The notes: generated by a model from the letters alone, not told the origin. A stretch of 64,000 bases of DNA from Stellaceae bacterium (GCA_041488295.1 JBGPOZ010000001.1:1439-65438); one strand, 5' to 3'; counted from the first letter of the stretch, positions 1-9,438 are shown. A program made the numbers and translations.

Positions 1-819
1 CGTATCGAAGACGAGGCGGTCGAATGAATTGGTGCGCGCGAAAGCGAGCACTGCATCCATCTTCGGACCGTGCAGGCGCGCCTCCTGGTCCAGGGGCGGA
101 TCGGGCCAACGGATGTTGAGGCCGCCCGGTGGCGGCACAAAATCGGTGGGCAGGCGGATTTTGAGGCGATGCGGATCGACGGCGATCGAGGCCGAGCTCT
201 CGACCGCCTCGCCGATCGTCTTGAAGCCGACCCAGCAACCGGAAAAGCGCGAGAGCGCAAATCCCAGGAGCCCAAAGTCGAGATATTCCTGCAAGGTGGC
301 GGGGTTGATGACCGGGATCATCGCCGCGATCAGCACTTGCTCGCTCTGATGCGCCAGGGTCGAGGATTGGCAGCCGTGATCGTCGCCGGCGAGAACCAGC
401 ACACCGCCATGCGCCGAGCTGCCGGCGGCGTTCGCATGCTTCAAGACGTCGGTCGAGCGGTCGACCCCCGGCCCCTTGCCGTACCAGATGCCGAAGACGC
501 CGTCGACCGTGGCGCCCTCGTGAAGGTTGACCTGTTGCGAGCCCCACACCGCCGTCGCCGCGAGATCCTCGTTGACGCCCGGCTGAAACTTGATGCGGTT
601 TTGTTCGAGGAAGCGCGCCGCCGACCACAGCGCGTAGTCGTAGGCGCCGAGCGGCGAGCCGCGATAGCCCGAGATGAAGCCGGCGGTCTCGATCCCTGCC
701 GCCGCGTCGCGCTGGCGCTGCATCAGCGGCAGACGCACGAGCGCCTGGACGCCGTTCAGGTAGATGCGTCCCGTATCCTTGACGTATTTGTCGTCGAGCG
801 TCACGTCCGCGAGCTGCAT
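1..819 (-). CDS. indolepyruvate ferredoxin oxidoreductase family protein (fused IOR type), N-terminal part; gene continues beyond window start
   Basis: Not in the ORF track because it has no stop in the window. Manual minus-strand translation from ATG at 819 gives MQLADVTLDDKYVKDTGRIYLNGVQALVRLPLMQRQRDAAAGIETAGFISGYRGSPLGAYD...GIWYGKGPGVDRSTDVLKHAN...VLAGDDHGCQSSTLAHQSEQ, typical of large fused IOR/2-oxoacid:ferredoxin oxidoreductases. GGAG lies just upstream of ATG 819. An in-frame ATG at 849 lacks an RBS. Confidence 0.8.
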   Translation of the reverse strand, partial: MQLADVTLDDKYVKDTGRIYLNGVQALVRLPLMQRQRDAAAGIETAGFISGYRGSPLGAYDYALWSAARFLEQNRIKFQPGVNEDLAATAVWGSQQVNLHEGATVDGVFGIWYGKGPGVDRSTDVLKHANAAGSSAHGGVLVLAGDDHGCQSSTLAHQSEQVLIAAMIPVINPATLQEYLDFGLLGFALSRFSGCWVGFKTIGEAVESSASIAVDPHRLKIRLPTDFVPPPGGLNIRWPDPPLDQEARLHGPKMDAVLAFARTNSFDRLVFDT

Positions 820-1024
820 TCCGCTCCCCGTCGATGTCGGTCGAACCATAGGGGGAATTGCCGCAAGTGACAACGTCACGAGCTTGTTGATCATGGTGCG
901 AACGGCACATCGCGGAATCCTGATATTCACCAATTTCGGGTACCGAAAGGCAAAAAAGCAACCAATCGGTGGGTTTCATTAACCATCGCTGCCATTGAAT
1001 CGGCGGAAACAGGCGCTCGCCCGG

Positions 1025-1360
1025 TCAGACGATCATCTCGTCGAGCTGGATGTCGCCGTCGCGTTGCTCGATCTCGATCACCCAGAGGTCGGGATCGCGC
1101 CCGGCCTGGCGAGCGATGTAGGCATCCGCGGTCGGTTCGTCGACGAGACCGGCGCCGGTGCCACGCATCCACAGAGGCTCGCCCGCGGATCCGCGCGCTT
1201 GGTTAAGGACGGTGCAGCCGAGGTCACGGCGGTTGTGCTTGATGAGGATGGTGCCGGCCGTGGCGTCGCCCTTGCGCCGGACGAAGACAGGAATCGCCAA
1301 CTGGTCATGGCGGCGAACGATCGCCTGGACCTGGAGTGCAGATTTGAGCCGCGGATCCAC
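1025..1360 (-). CDS. DUF1491 family protein
   Basis: 111-aa ORF. RLKSALQVQAIVRR...AIPVFVRRKGDATAGTILIKHNRRD...WVIEIEQRDG resembles the alphaproteobacterial DUF1491 family. Confidence 0.65.
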   Translation of the reverse strand: MDPRLKSALQVQAIVRRHDQLAIPVFVRRKGDATAGTILIKHNRRDLGCTVLNQARGSAGEPLWMRGTGAGLVDEPTADAYIARQAGRDPDLWVIEIEQRDGDIQLDEMIV

Positions 1361-1481
1361 CCATCCCTTATAGCGGTGCAGTGCCGACGCGTCACGGCAC
1401 AGCTCCGGCGCAAGAACGGCTCGAACCTGGCGGCGGCGGGGATGACGGGCAGTACCGGCGTGAATAATGATGAAATAGGGC

Positions 1482-1490
1482 GGGGGGGGG
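1482..1490. repeat. G9 homopolymeric tract in a divergent intergenic region
   Basis: Read directly: c-ggggggggg-t at 1481-1491, between the DUF1491 gene (minus) and the 1563 ORF (plus). Confidence 0.9.
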
Positions 1491-1562
1491 TCGGCGCGGC
1501 CCGGACTTAGGCGGAATCGTCGCCGCGTTTATTCACGGTTAAGGCATAGGATTTAATACGTA

Positions 1563-1892
1563 TTGCTCATATCCGGATGCCGGAGGCCTAAAATCGACGA
1601 CCAACGGAGCTTGGTGGAGCAGAGTGTGGCAGAGGTGATCAGGCTTTGGTCAAGCCGTCGCAGGGGTGTGACAGGTCCACTCCCGCGCAGCGAGGTATGG
1701 CGTCTTGCCAACGAGCTTATCGCCTCGTTCGGCGTGCGCGCCACCTCATACGCCAATTATCAGGCTTTGCAGGCGCGCCAGAATGGCGACCGTTTCCTCA
1801 TGAATGCCTGGCGCTGGATCGCCGGCGCGACGGACGAGATCCTCCGCTCCGAACCGGCGGAAGCAGAGCTGGGCGAGGTCAGCGGCGACTGA
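1563..1892 (+). CDS. hypothetical protein
   Basis: 109-aa ORF with protein-like composition (WRLANELIASFGVRATSYANYQALQARQNGDRFLMNAWRWIAGATDEIL). No family recognised. The real start may be GTG at 1613. Confidence 0.4.
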   Translation: MLISGCRRPKIDDQRSLVEQSVAEVIRLWSSRRRGVTGPLPRSEVWRLANELIASFGVRATSYANYQALQARQNGDRFLMNAWRWIAGATDEILRSEPAEAELGEVSGD

Positions 1893-1904
1893 ACGGAGCG
1901 GCGG

Positions 1905-3086
1905 TCATGGTCCCGCGAGGAGGCCACGGCGCGCGAGGTTCCGCATCAACGCCAGCGCGCCGAAGCGCCAGGGCGGTAGCTTATCGCTCGTATTGACGCG
2001 GTTGACGAGCGCCCCGAGGCGAGCCGAGGAAATGGTGACGATGTCACCCGGCTTGTGAGTGAAGCCGCTGCCGCGCTCGCCGCGATCCTTGGTCGGCGCG
2101 AACATCGTGCCGAGGAAGATCGCAAAGCCGTCCGGGAATTGGTTGTATTTGCCGACGCCTTGCCGAACGATCTCGGCCGGATCGCGGCTGATCTCCCGCA
2201 TCGAGCTGCGCCCGTCAAGGACGAAGCCGTCGGTACCCTCGACGCGAAGATCGACTTCGGCCTTCCGGACGTCGTCGAGCGTGAAGGTCTCGTCGAAGAG
2301 GCGGATGAACGGGCCGATGGCACAGGAGCCGGTGTTGTCCTTGGCCTTCGAGAGAAGGAGGGCGCTCCGCCCCTCGAAATCGCGCAAATTCACGTCGTTG
2401 CCGAGGCTGGCGCCGAGAATCCGCCCCGCGGCGTTGACGACGAGCACGATCTCGGGCTCGGGATTGTTCCAGACTGAGCGCGGGTGAAGTCCGATCTCGG
2501 CGCCGGTACCGACCGCCGCCATCGGCTGCGATTTCGTGAAGATCTCGACATCGGGACCGATGCCGACCTCGAGATACTGCGACCAAAGGCCGCGCTTCTG
2601 CAGCGCCGCCTTCAGCTTCATGGCGCCGTCCGAGCCCGGTTTCACCGTTGAAAGATCGGTGCCGATCTCGGCGACGAGGCTTGAGCGGACCTCGTCCGCG
2701 CGCTGCGGATCGCCGCGCGACTGCTCCTCGACGACGCGCTCCAAGAGGCTGCGCGCGAAGGTGACGCCGGCGGCCTTCAACGCTTGAAGATCGAGCGGCG
2801 CGAGGAACCAGGGCTTGTTGGCGTCGCGCGAATCGGGCGGCGTGTTGGCGAGGATCTCGGCAAAATCGCCAAGGCGATGCGTCAGCGGCGCGCGGCGCAC
2901 CATCGCAAGCGGATCCGGACCGTCAAGAAGGCCGCTCATAGTCGGCGCGTGACGCGTGACGTCGAAGACGCCATCCGCGCGGATGACAACAAGTCCTGGA
3001 CCATCCTCGGCAGGCAGCCAGACACGGCCGATGAGGGTCCCGGCGAAGCCGGCTTCCGGAAGGGTCGTCTTGGGGTCGAGTTTCAT
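1905..3086 (-). CDS. fumarylacetoacetate hydrolase (FAH) family protein
   Basis: ORF 1905..3266 trimmed to ATG at 3086 (MKLDPKTTLPEAGFAGTLIGRVWLP...). The upstream extension is Arg-rich junk. The C-terminal half (GNDVNLRDFEGRSALLLSKAKDNTGSCAIGPFIRLFDE...) is typical of the FAH fold. Confidence 0.8.
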   Translation of the reverse strand: MKLDPKTTLPEAGFAGTLIGRVWLPAEDGPGLVVIRADGVFDVTRHAPTMSGLLDGPDPLAMVRRAPLTHRLGDFAEILANTPPDSRDANKPWFLAPLDLQALKAAGVTFARSLLERVVEEQSRGDPQRADEVRSSLVAEIGTDLSTVKPGSDGAMKLKAALQKRGLWSQYLEVGIGPDVEIFTKSQPMAAVGTGAEIGLHPRSVWNNPEPEIVLVVNAAGRILGASLGNDVNLRDFEGRSALLLSKAKDNTGSCAIGPFIRLFDETFTLDDVRKAEVDLRVEGTDGFVLDGRSSMREISRDPAEIVRQGVGKYNQFPDGFAIFLGTMFAPTKDRGERGSGFTHKPGDIVTISSARLGALVNRVNTSDKLPPWRFGALALMRNLARRGLLAGP

Positions 3087-3138
3087 CGTTCGCCTCTCGC
3101 AGAGCGGCAAGGCCGCGCTCTTGTTGTGGGATCGTCGG

Positions 3139-6100
3139 TCATTCGCCTTCCGCCGCCGTCGCGCTCGGCGCCGAGGCACGATCGAGCACGTGGGCGAGAT
3201 GGATCGCCTCGCGACCGGTGCCGTCGGCGATCTGATGGCGGCAGCTCGTCCCACCGGCGACGACAAGTGTGTCGGAAGAGGCCGCCCGCACGTTCGGCAG
3301 GACGCCGAGCTCGCCGATCGTCATCGACATGTCGTAATGCTCTGCCTCGTAGCCGAAGGCGCCAGCCATGCCGCAACAGGTCGATTCGATGGTCTTGACC
3401 GCAAGGTCGGGCACGAGGGCGAGCGCCGCCTCGACCGCGCCGAGGGTGTCGAACGCCTTTTGATGGCAATGACCGTGAAGGAGAGCGGCGCGCTCGGGCA
3501 GCGCGTGCAGGGGAAGCGAGAAGCGGCCTGACTTGTGCTCGGCCAGGACGAACTCCTCGAAGAGCTGGGCGTGTTTGGCGAGCGCCGCGGTCTGTTGGCC
3601 CGGCAGCAGCACGGTGAATTCGTCGCGCAAGGTCAAGAGACATGAGGGTTCGAGGCCGACGATCGGAATCCCGCTCTCGACGAAGGGGCGCAGCGCCTCG
3701 ATCGTCCGCCGCGCTTCGCTGCGCGCCTCCTCGACCAGACCGGCGGCGAGGAAGGTGCGGCCGCAGCAGAGTGGTCTCCCATTGCCGGGCGCCGGCGTCG
3801 CCAGCACCGTGTAGCCGGCGCGGGCGAGGACGCGTTCGGCGGCCCGCGCATTCTCCGGCTCGAACCAGCGATTGAAGGTGTCGACGAGAAGAAGGACGGG
3901 GCGCCCGTCATTCCCTCTCCCCTTGCGGGAGAGGCCCTTCGACAAACGCTCAGGAGGGACCCGCGAAGCGGGGAGGGTGAGGGGTATAGCGCCGCTGCGT
4001 GGCTGGTCATCGGCTAGACCCCTTACCCCGTCCCTCTCCCACAAGGGGAGAGGGGGATTCATAGAATCTGAGTATGGTTCAGAGTGCCACTCCGGCAGCT
4101 TCCGCCGCGCGCTGAGGCCGGTCACGCTCTCGCCGAGCTTGGCGAGCGGCGGGATCCGGTTCCTGAGATTGAGGAGCCAGCCGAATTTCGCCGCGGTCGG
4201 CGCGTAGCGCGGCAGGTAAGCGACGAGCCGGTCGCGCAAGGTGAGGCCGTGCGCCTTCTTGTAGTGATGGAGGAACTCGATCTTCATGCGTGCCATGTCG
4301 ACGCCGGTCGGGCATTCGCGCTTGCAGCCCTTGCATGAGACGCAGAGCTCCATCGTCTCGCGCATCGCCTTTGAGGTGAAGGCGTCGGGCCCAAGCTGGC
4401 CCGAGATCGCGAGGCGCAGCGAGTTGGCGCGCCCCCGCGTCAGATGTTGCTCGTCAGCGGTGGCGCGGAAGGAGGGGCACATGACGCCGGGATCGGATTT
4501 CCGGCACGCGCCGTTGTTGTTGCACATCTCGACGGCGCCGGCGAAACCGCCCCAGTCGCGCCAATCGAGCACCGTCGCCATCTCCGCTGTCTTGTAGCCC
4601 GGCTTGAAGCGGAAGAGGGAGCGGTCGTCCATCTTGGGCGGGTCGACGATCTTGCCGGGATTGAAGAGGCCTTTCGGGTCGAACGCGTCCTTCACCTCCT
4701 TGAAGGCCGAGACGATGCGTGGACCGAACATCGCCTCGTGGAATTCCGAGCGGACGAGCCCGTCGCCATGCTCACCCGAATGCGAGCCCTTGTATTCGCG
4801 CACCATGGCGAAGGCCTCCTCGGCGATCGCCCGCATCTGCCTGGCGCCAAGATCCTGCTTCAGATTGATGACCGGCCGTACATGGAGGCAGCCGACCGAG
4901 GCGTGAGCGTAAAACGTGCCGTAAGTGCCGTGCTTGCGGAACACGGCTTCCAGGCGATCGGTGTAGTCGGCGAGGTCCTTCAAGGCGACGGCGCAATCCT
5001 CGATGAAGGAGATCGGCTTTCCGTCGCCCTTCATCGACATCATGATGTTGAGACCGGCGCGGCGGACGTTCCAAACGGCGCTCTGGAAGGCGGGATCGAT
5101 CGACTCGATCACAGCGCCGGGAAATCCGAGATCGCCCATGAGCTCGACGAGCTGGCGCAAGCGGCGGAGATTGTCGCCGGAATCGTCGCCGGCGAATTCG
5201 ACCAGGAGGAGGGCCGCCGGATCGCCTTTGACGAAGCGCTCGACGATCGGCTTGTACATGGCGATCTCGCGCGACAATCCGATCATCGTGCGATCGATGA
5301 GCTCGACCGCGCTAGGCCCCAGCTTGACGATGTGCTGCGTTGCATCCATCGCCTTGTAGAAGGTCGGGAAATGACAGATTCCCAACACGCGATGTTGCGG
5401 GATCGGTTGAAGATCGAGCTCTATTTCATTGAAAAAAGCGAGCGTTCCCTCCGACCCAACGAGCAAATGCGCCATGTTGTGGCCGGCATCGGCGATCATG
5501 TCGATATTGTAGCCACCGACCTTGCGCAGCAGCTTCGGGATGCGCCGATCGATCTCGTCCCGCTCGCGGCGATGGAGCGCCCGCATGCGGCGGACAAGGT
5601 CGCGGGCGCGCTCGGGAAATACCGCGTCCTCGCCGAAATTGCCGGGAACCTCGCCCAGCCGCACCGCGGTGCCGTCGGCGAGAAGCGCGTCGATCGCCCG
5701 GACATTGTGAACCATGTTGCCGTAGCGCAAAGAGCGCGAGCCGCAACTGTTATTCGCCGCCATGCCGCCCAAGGTCGCCCGGCTCGACGTCGAGACGTCG
5801 ACCGGGAAGAAGAGCCCGTCCTTCTTCAGCGTCTTGTTCAGCCGATCGAGGACAAGGCCGGGTTGGACGATGGCGCGCCGGCTTGCGGCGTCGACCGAAA
5901 CCACCCCGTTCATAAATTTGCTGCAATCGAGCACGAGCGACGGCCCCACCGTCTGCCCGCATTGCGAGGTGCCGCCGCCGCGCGGCAGCAGGGTCACGCC
6001 CTCCTCGACCGCGATGGCGCGCGCCGCCGCCACGTCCTCCTTGTCACGCGGCACGACAACCCCGATCGGCTCGATCTGATAGATCGAGGCATCGGTCGCA

Positions 6101-6204
6101 TAACGGCCGCGGCTAAAGGCGTCGAACATCACCTCGCCACGGAGATTCCGGCGCAGGCGTTCGGCAAGTTTGGGGTCGCCGAGGCGGGTGGCGGCAAGTG
6201 GCAT
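3139..6204 (-). CDS. FAD-binding and (Fe-S)-binding oxidoreductase, YdiJ-like (GlcD-like FAD domain fused to GlcF-like 4Fe-4S/CCG domains; putative D-2-hydroxyacid dehydrogenase)
   Basis: About 1020-aa ORF.
- N-terminal FAD-PCMH domain: PRGGGTSQCGQTV, EHGDGLVRSEF.
- Central 2x4Fe-4S cysteine motifs: CNNNGACRK, CVSCKGCKRECP.
- C-terminal CCG domains: SCCGMAG.
ATG at 6204 is preferred over the TTG at 6222. Confidence 0.85.
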   Translation of the reverse strand: MPLAATRLGDPKLAERLRRNLRGEVMFDAFSRGRYATDASIYQIEPIGVVVPRDKEDVAAARAIAVEEGVTLLPRGGGTSQCGQTVGPSLVLDCSKFMNGVVSVDAASRRAIVQPGLVLDRLNKTLKKDGLFFPVDVSTSSRATLGGMAANNSCGSRSLRYGNMVHNVRAIDALLADGTAVRLGEVPGNFGEDAVFPERARDLVRRMRALHRRERDEIDRRIPKLLRKVGGYNIDMIADAGHNMAHLLVGSEGTLAFFNEIELDLQPIPQHRVLGICHFPTFYKAMDATQHIVKLGPSAVELIDRTMIGLSREIAMYKPIVERFVKGDPAALLLVEFAGDDSGDNLRRLRQLVELMGDLGFPGAVIESIDPAFQSAVWNVRRAGLNIMMSMKGDGKPISFIEDCAVALKDLADYTDRLEAVFRKHGTYGTFYAHASVGCLHVRPVINLKQDLGARQMRAIAEEAFAMVREYKGSHSGEHGDGLVRSEFHEAMFGPRIVSAFKEVKDAFDPKGLFNPGKIVDPPKMDDRSLFRFKPGYKTAEMATVLDWRDWGGFAGAVEMCNNNGACRKSDPGVMCPSFRATADEQHLTRGRANSLRLAISGQLGPDAFTSKAMRETMELCVSCKGCKRECPTGVDMARMKIEFLHHYKKAHGLTLRDRLVAYLPRYAPTAAKFGWLLNLRNRIPPLAKLGESVTGLSARRKLPEWHSEPYSDSMNPPLPLWERDGVRGLADDQPRSGAIPLTLPASRVPPERLSKGLSRKGRGNDGRPVLLLVDTFNRWFEPENARAAERVLARAGYTVLATPAPGNGRPLCCGRTFLAAGLVEEARSEARRTIEALRPFVESGIPIVGLEPSCLLTLRDEFTVLLPGQQTAALAKHAQLFEEFVLAEHKSGRFSLPLHALPERAALLHGHCHQKAFDTLGAVEAALALVPDLAVKTIESTCCGMAGAFGYEAEHYDMSMTIGELGVLPNVRAASSDTLVVAGGTSCRHQIADGTGREAIHLAHVLDRASAPSATAAEGE
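3911..4056. repeat. REP-like composite palindromic element embedded in-frame inside the YdiJ-like CDS
   Basis: - Hairpin CCTCTCCC-cttgc-GGGAGAGG at 3914-3934.
- Hairpin CCCTCTCCC-acaag-GGGAGAGGG at 4032-4054.
- The G-rich block 3969-3985 is complementary to the C-rich block 4018-4034.
On the coding strand it translates to NPPLPLWERDGVRGLADDQPRSGAIPLTLPASRVPPERLSKGLSRKGRGNDGRP, the peptide signature usually produced by GC-rich intergenic repeat elements. Confidence 0.6.
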
Positions 6205-6451
6205 CAGTCGTTTATTCTCCAAATGACGGCGGCAGAATGACCCCAGTGCGATTTGCAGACAAGACCGCTGCGTTCTCGAGAAACATCCCGCGTCTGCAGC
6301 GACGGCGCCTCATGTCTCCTCGGGAAAAGGAGCGCCGCGAGCTGCGTCTTGGAGGATGCAAGGTGCGGGTACGAGGGGTCAGCCTCTTGCGCCCACGGGG
6401 TCTTGCCGTCAATCTGCGCGCCGAGAAAAAAGTTCGGGGAGAATAGGGGTG

Positions 6452-7627
6452 ATGACCCACCGAAGCGGCCGCCATTTCCTGCAGATCCCGGGACCCACCA
6501 ACGTGCCGGACCGCGTTCTGCGCGCGATCGACAATGCCACCATCGACCATCGCAGTCAGGATTTCGGTACGCTCGGGCAGGCGGTGCTCGCCGGCCTCAA
6601 GGCGGTGTTCAGGACAAGCGGCCCGGTCATCGTCTTCCCCTCGTCCGGGACCGGCGCGTGGGAGGCGGCGCTCGTCAATACGCTTTCGTCCGGTGACAAG
6701 GTGCTGATGTACGAAACCGGGCACTTTGCGACGCTGTGGCGCCACATGGCGCAGAAGCTCGGCCTCGATGTCGAATTCGTCGCCGGCGATTGGCGGCATG
6801 GCGTCGATCCCGCAGCGGTCGAGCAGCGGCTTGCCGCCGACAAGGGACACGCCGTCAAATCGGTCATGACCGTGCACAACGAGACCTCGACGGGCGTCAC
6901 GAGCCGCGTCGCCGAGGTGCGTGCCGCGATCGACCGCGCCAAGCACCCCGCCCTCTTCATGGTCGACACGATCTCCTCCTTGGCCTCGATCGACTATCGG
7001 CACGAGGAATGGGGCGTCGATGTCACGGTCGCCGGCTCGCAGAAGGGCTTGATGCTGCCGCCGGGCCTCGGTTTCAACGCGATCTCGCCGAAGGCGCTCG
7101 CGGCATCGAAGACGGCCCGCCTCCCGCGATCCTATTGGGATTGGCAGCCGATGATCGAGAACAACGAGAAGGGCTTCTTCCCTTATACTCCGGCGACGAA
7201 CCTTCTTTATGGCCTCAAGGAGGCGCTCGCCATGCTCGGCGAGGAGGGTCTCGACAACGTATTCGCGCGCCACGACCGCCATGCGGAGGCGACGCGGCGC
7301 GCCGTCCGCGCCTGGGGGCTCGAGATCCTCGCCTTGGACCCGCGCGAATATTCGAGCTCGCTGACGGCGGTTCTCATGCCGCAAGGACACAGCGGGGATG
7401 CGCTTCGCCGTGTCATCCTCGAGCGCTTCGACATGTCGCTCGGTTCGGGATTGGGCAAGCTCGCCGACAAGGTGTTCCGCATCGGCCATCTCGGCGATTT
7501 CAACGATCTCATGCTCGCCGGCACGCTCTGCGGCATCGAGATGGGGCTCGGCATCGCCGGCGTGCCGCACAAGCGCGGCGGCGTCGACGCGGCGATGGAT
7601 TATCTCGGCGGCAACCGGGCGACGTGA
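6452..7627 (+). CDS. class V aminotransferase, serine--glyoxylate / alanine--glyoxylate aminotransferase family
   Basis: ORF 6356..7627 trimmed to ATG 6452, which has an RBS-like GGGGAG upstream. HFLQIPGPTNVPDRVLRAI...VHNETSTGVTS...AGSQKGLMLPPGLG (PLP lysine in SQK) closely parallels methylotroph SgaA-type enzymes. Confidence 0.85.
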   Translation: MTHRSGRHFLQIPGPTNVPDRVLRAIDNATIDHRSQDFGTLGQAVLAGLKAVFRTSGPVIVFPSSGTGAWEAALVNTLSSGDKVLMYETGHFATLWRHMAQKLGLDVEFVAGDWRHGVDPAAVEQRLAADKGHAVKSVMTVHNETSTGVTSRVAEVRAAIDRAKHPALFMVDTISSLASIDYRHEEWGVDVTVAGSQKGLMLPPGLGFNAISPKALAASKTARLPRSYWDWQPMIENNEKGFFPYTPATNLLYGLKEALAMLGEEGLDNVFARHDRHAEATRRAVRAWGLEILALDPREYSSSLTAVLMPQGHSGDALRRVILERFDMSLGSGLGKLADKVFRIGHLGDFNDLMLAGTLCGIEMGLGIAGVPHKRGGVDAAMDYLGGNRAT

Positions 7628-7810
7628 GCGAAAGGCGATTGCGACCTGGCATTCGTGCGTTTCAAGATGACCCGACGCCCTTTCACTCGCGTCTTGAAGG
7701 ATCAAGGACAAATCTGGCTCGCGTTTCAGAGTCGATAAAAATACCGTCGGTCTGGAAAGTCGGTCTAATAAACTCGGTCGAGAAAACAGAAACGAACAAG
7801 GGTGGAGCGC

Positions 7811-9097
7811 ATGCGTAAATCGGGCCATTTCGCGACCAGCACGGTCCTGCTTCTTCTCTGCATCATGTACCTCATTACCTATGTCGACCGGGTGAACATC
7901 GCGACAGCGGCCGGCGTCTTTCGGGAGGAGCTCCATATGAGCGCCACCGACTACGGCAAGGTTTTCGCGGCCTTCGGCTATACCTACGCGCTCTTCCAGA
8001 TTCTCGGTGGTTGGATCGGCGACCGCTTCGGACCGCGGATGACGCTCGGGATTTGCGGCTTCATCTGGGCTTCGACGACCATTCTCACGGGCTTTGCCGG
8101 CGGCTTCTGGTCGCTCTTCTTTGCGCGCCTCATGCTCGGGCTGGGCGAGGGTGCAACCTTCCCGACGGCGACGCGTGCCATGTCGAACTGGACCCGCGCC
8201 GGTTGGCGAGGTTTCGCACAAGGCGTGACGCATTCGTTCTCGCGTTTCGGCAATGCGGTGACGCCGCCGATCGTCGTCGGCATCATCGCCGTCTGGTCGT
8301 GGCGTGGCTCGTTCATCGTCATCGGTCTCGTCAGCCTGGTGTGGGTCATCGTCTGGGTCTGGTATTTCCGCGACGATCCGCGCGACCACCACGGCGTTAG
8401 CGAGGCGGAGCTCGCCGTCCTTCCTGCTTACGGCACGGGCTCGCGCGCAGCTGCCGATGCAGTTCCCTGGCGCGTGCTCCTGCCGCGCATGATGCCGACC
8501 ACCATCGTCTATTTCTGCTATGGCTGGACGTTGTGGCTGTACCTCTCGTGGCTGCCGCAATATTTCCTGCACGGCCACGATCTCAATCTGAAGAATGCGG
8601 CATGGTTCACGACGGCAGTTTCCTTCGCCGGGGTCATCGGCGATTCGGTCGGCGGTGTCATCAGCGACTATCTCTTGAAGCGCACCGGGAGCCTCGCCAT
8701 CGCGCGGCGAAACGTCATCGTCGCGAGCCTCTTGGGCTCGCTTCTCTTCCTCATTCCCGTCCTCATCTTCCAGAACGTCTTCGTGCTGGCCGCCTGCCTC
8801 GCCGGCGCGTTCTTCTGCCTCGAGCTCACGATCGGCCCGATCTGGTCGGTTCCAATGGACATCGCGCCGAAATATGCCGGAACGGCAAGCGGCATCATGA
8901 ATACCGGCTCGGCGATCGCCGCCATCATTTCGCCGATCGTCTTCGGCGTGATCATCGATGCGACGGGAAGCTGGGATCTTCCCTTTGCCGGATCGATCGC
9001 CCTTCTGTTCGTGGGTATCGTGCTGTCATTTTGGATGCACCCGGAGCGGCCGATCGCAGTAGATGGCGAGGTCGCACGAGGTGCGGCGATGCGATGA
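7811..9097 (+). CDS. MFS transporter (anion:cation symporter-like)
   Basis: About 428 aa with 12 predicted hydrophobic helices and an MFS motif (GWIGDRFGPR). ATG 7811 is preferred to the alternative start at 7802. Confidence 0.85.
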   Translation: MRKSGHFATSTVLLLLCIMYLITYVDRVNIATAAGVFREELHMSATDYGKVFAAFGYTYALFQILGGWIGDRFGPRMTLGICGFIWASTTILTGFAGGFWSLFFARLMLGLGEGATFPTATRAMSNWTRAGWRGFAQGVTHSFSRFGNAVTPPIVVGIIAVWSWRGSFIVIGLVSLVWVIVWVWYFRDDPRDHHGVSEAELAVLPAYGTGSRAAADAVPWRVLLPRMMPTTIVYFCYGWTLWLYLSWLPQYFLHGHDLNLKNAAWFTTAVSFAGVIGDSVGGVISDYLLKRTGSLAIARRNVIVASLLGSLLFLIPVLIFQNVFVLAACLAGAFFCLELTIGPIWSVPMDIAPKYAGTASGIMNTGSAIAAIISPIVFGVIIDATGSWDLPFAGSIALLFVGIVLSFWMHPERPIAVDGEVARGAAMR

Positions 9098-9438
9098 GAG
9101 ACAAGGAATCCGCCGGCCCACTGGCGGGTCTCAAGGTCATCGAGCTCGCGCATATCATGGCGGGCCCGGTCTGCGGGCTGATGCTCGCCGATATGGGCGC
9201 TGACATCATCAAGGTCGAAAAGATTCCGGGCGATTCGCGCCACTTCGTGCCGCCGGCGATCGACGGCGAGTCCGCCGCCTTCATGATGATGAACCGCAAT
9301 AAGCGGGCATCCGTTCTGGGCGAGCACAGCCGCGACATTCTTGCCGCGCACGGCTATTCTGTGGCGGAGATCGAAGGGCTTGCGAAAGACCGCGTCGTTC
9401 TCCTGGCGCAGCCGCAGGAACAAGGGACGAAGCCATGA
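9094..9438 (+). pseudogene. family III (CaiB/BaiF) CoA-transferase remnant with a large internal in-frame deletion
   Basis: The 114-codon frame joins a typical N-terminus (LAGLKVIELAHIMAGPVCGLMLADMGADIIKVEKIPGDSRHF...ESAAFMMMNRNKR) directly to a typical C-terminus (VLGEHSRDILAAHGYSVAEIEGLAKDRVV). Intact family members are about 400 aa. Confidence 0.65.

Noticed and set aside
70-870. 266-aa plus-strand ORF at the window start
   Set aside because: It is Arg/Ala-rich with no recognisable domains. It lies exactly antisense to a minus-strand frame that translates into a clear indolepyruvate ferredoxin oxidoreductase N-terminus.
4444-6240. 598-aa plus-strand ORF
   Set aside because: It is antisense to the YdiJ-like FAD/Fe-S oxidoreductase and no domain was recognised.
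6212-8578. 788-aa minus-strand ORF
   Set aside because: It is antisense to the well-supported aminotransferase and MFS genes. The composition (R/A/G/P/D-rich, no motifs) is typical of GC-driven shadow ORFs.
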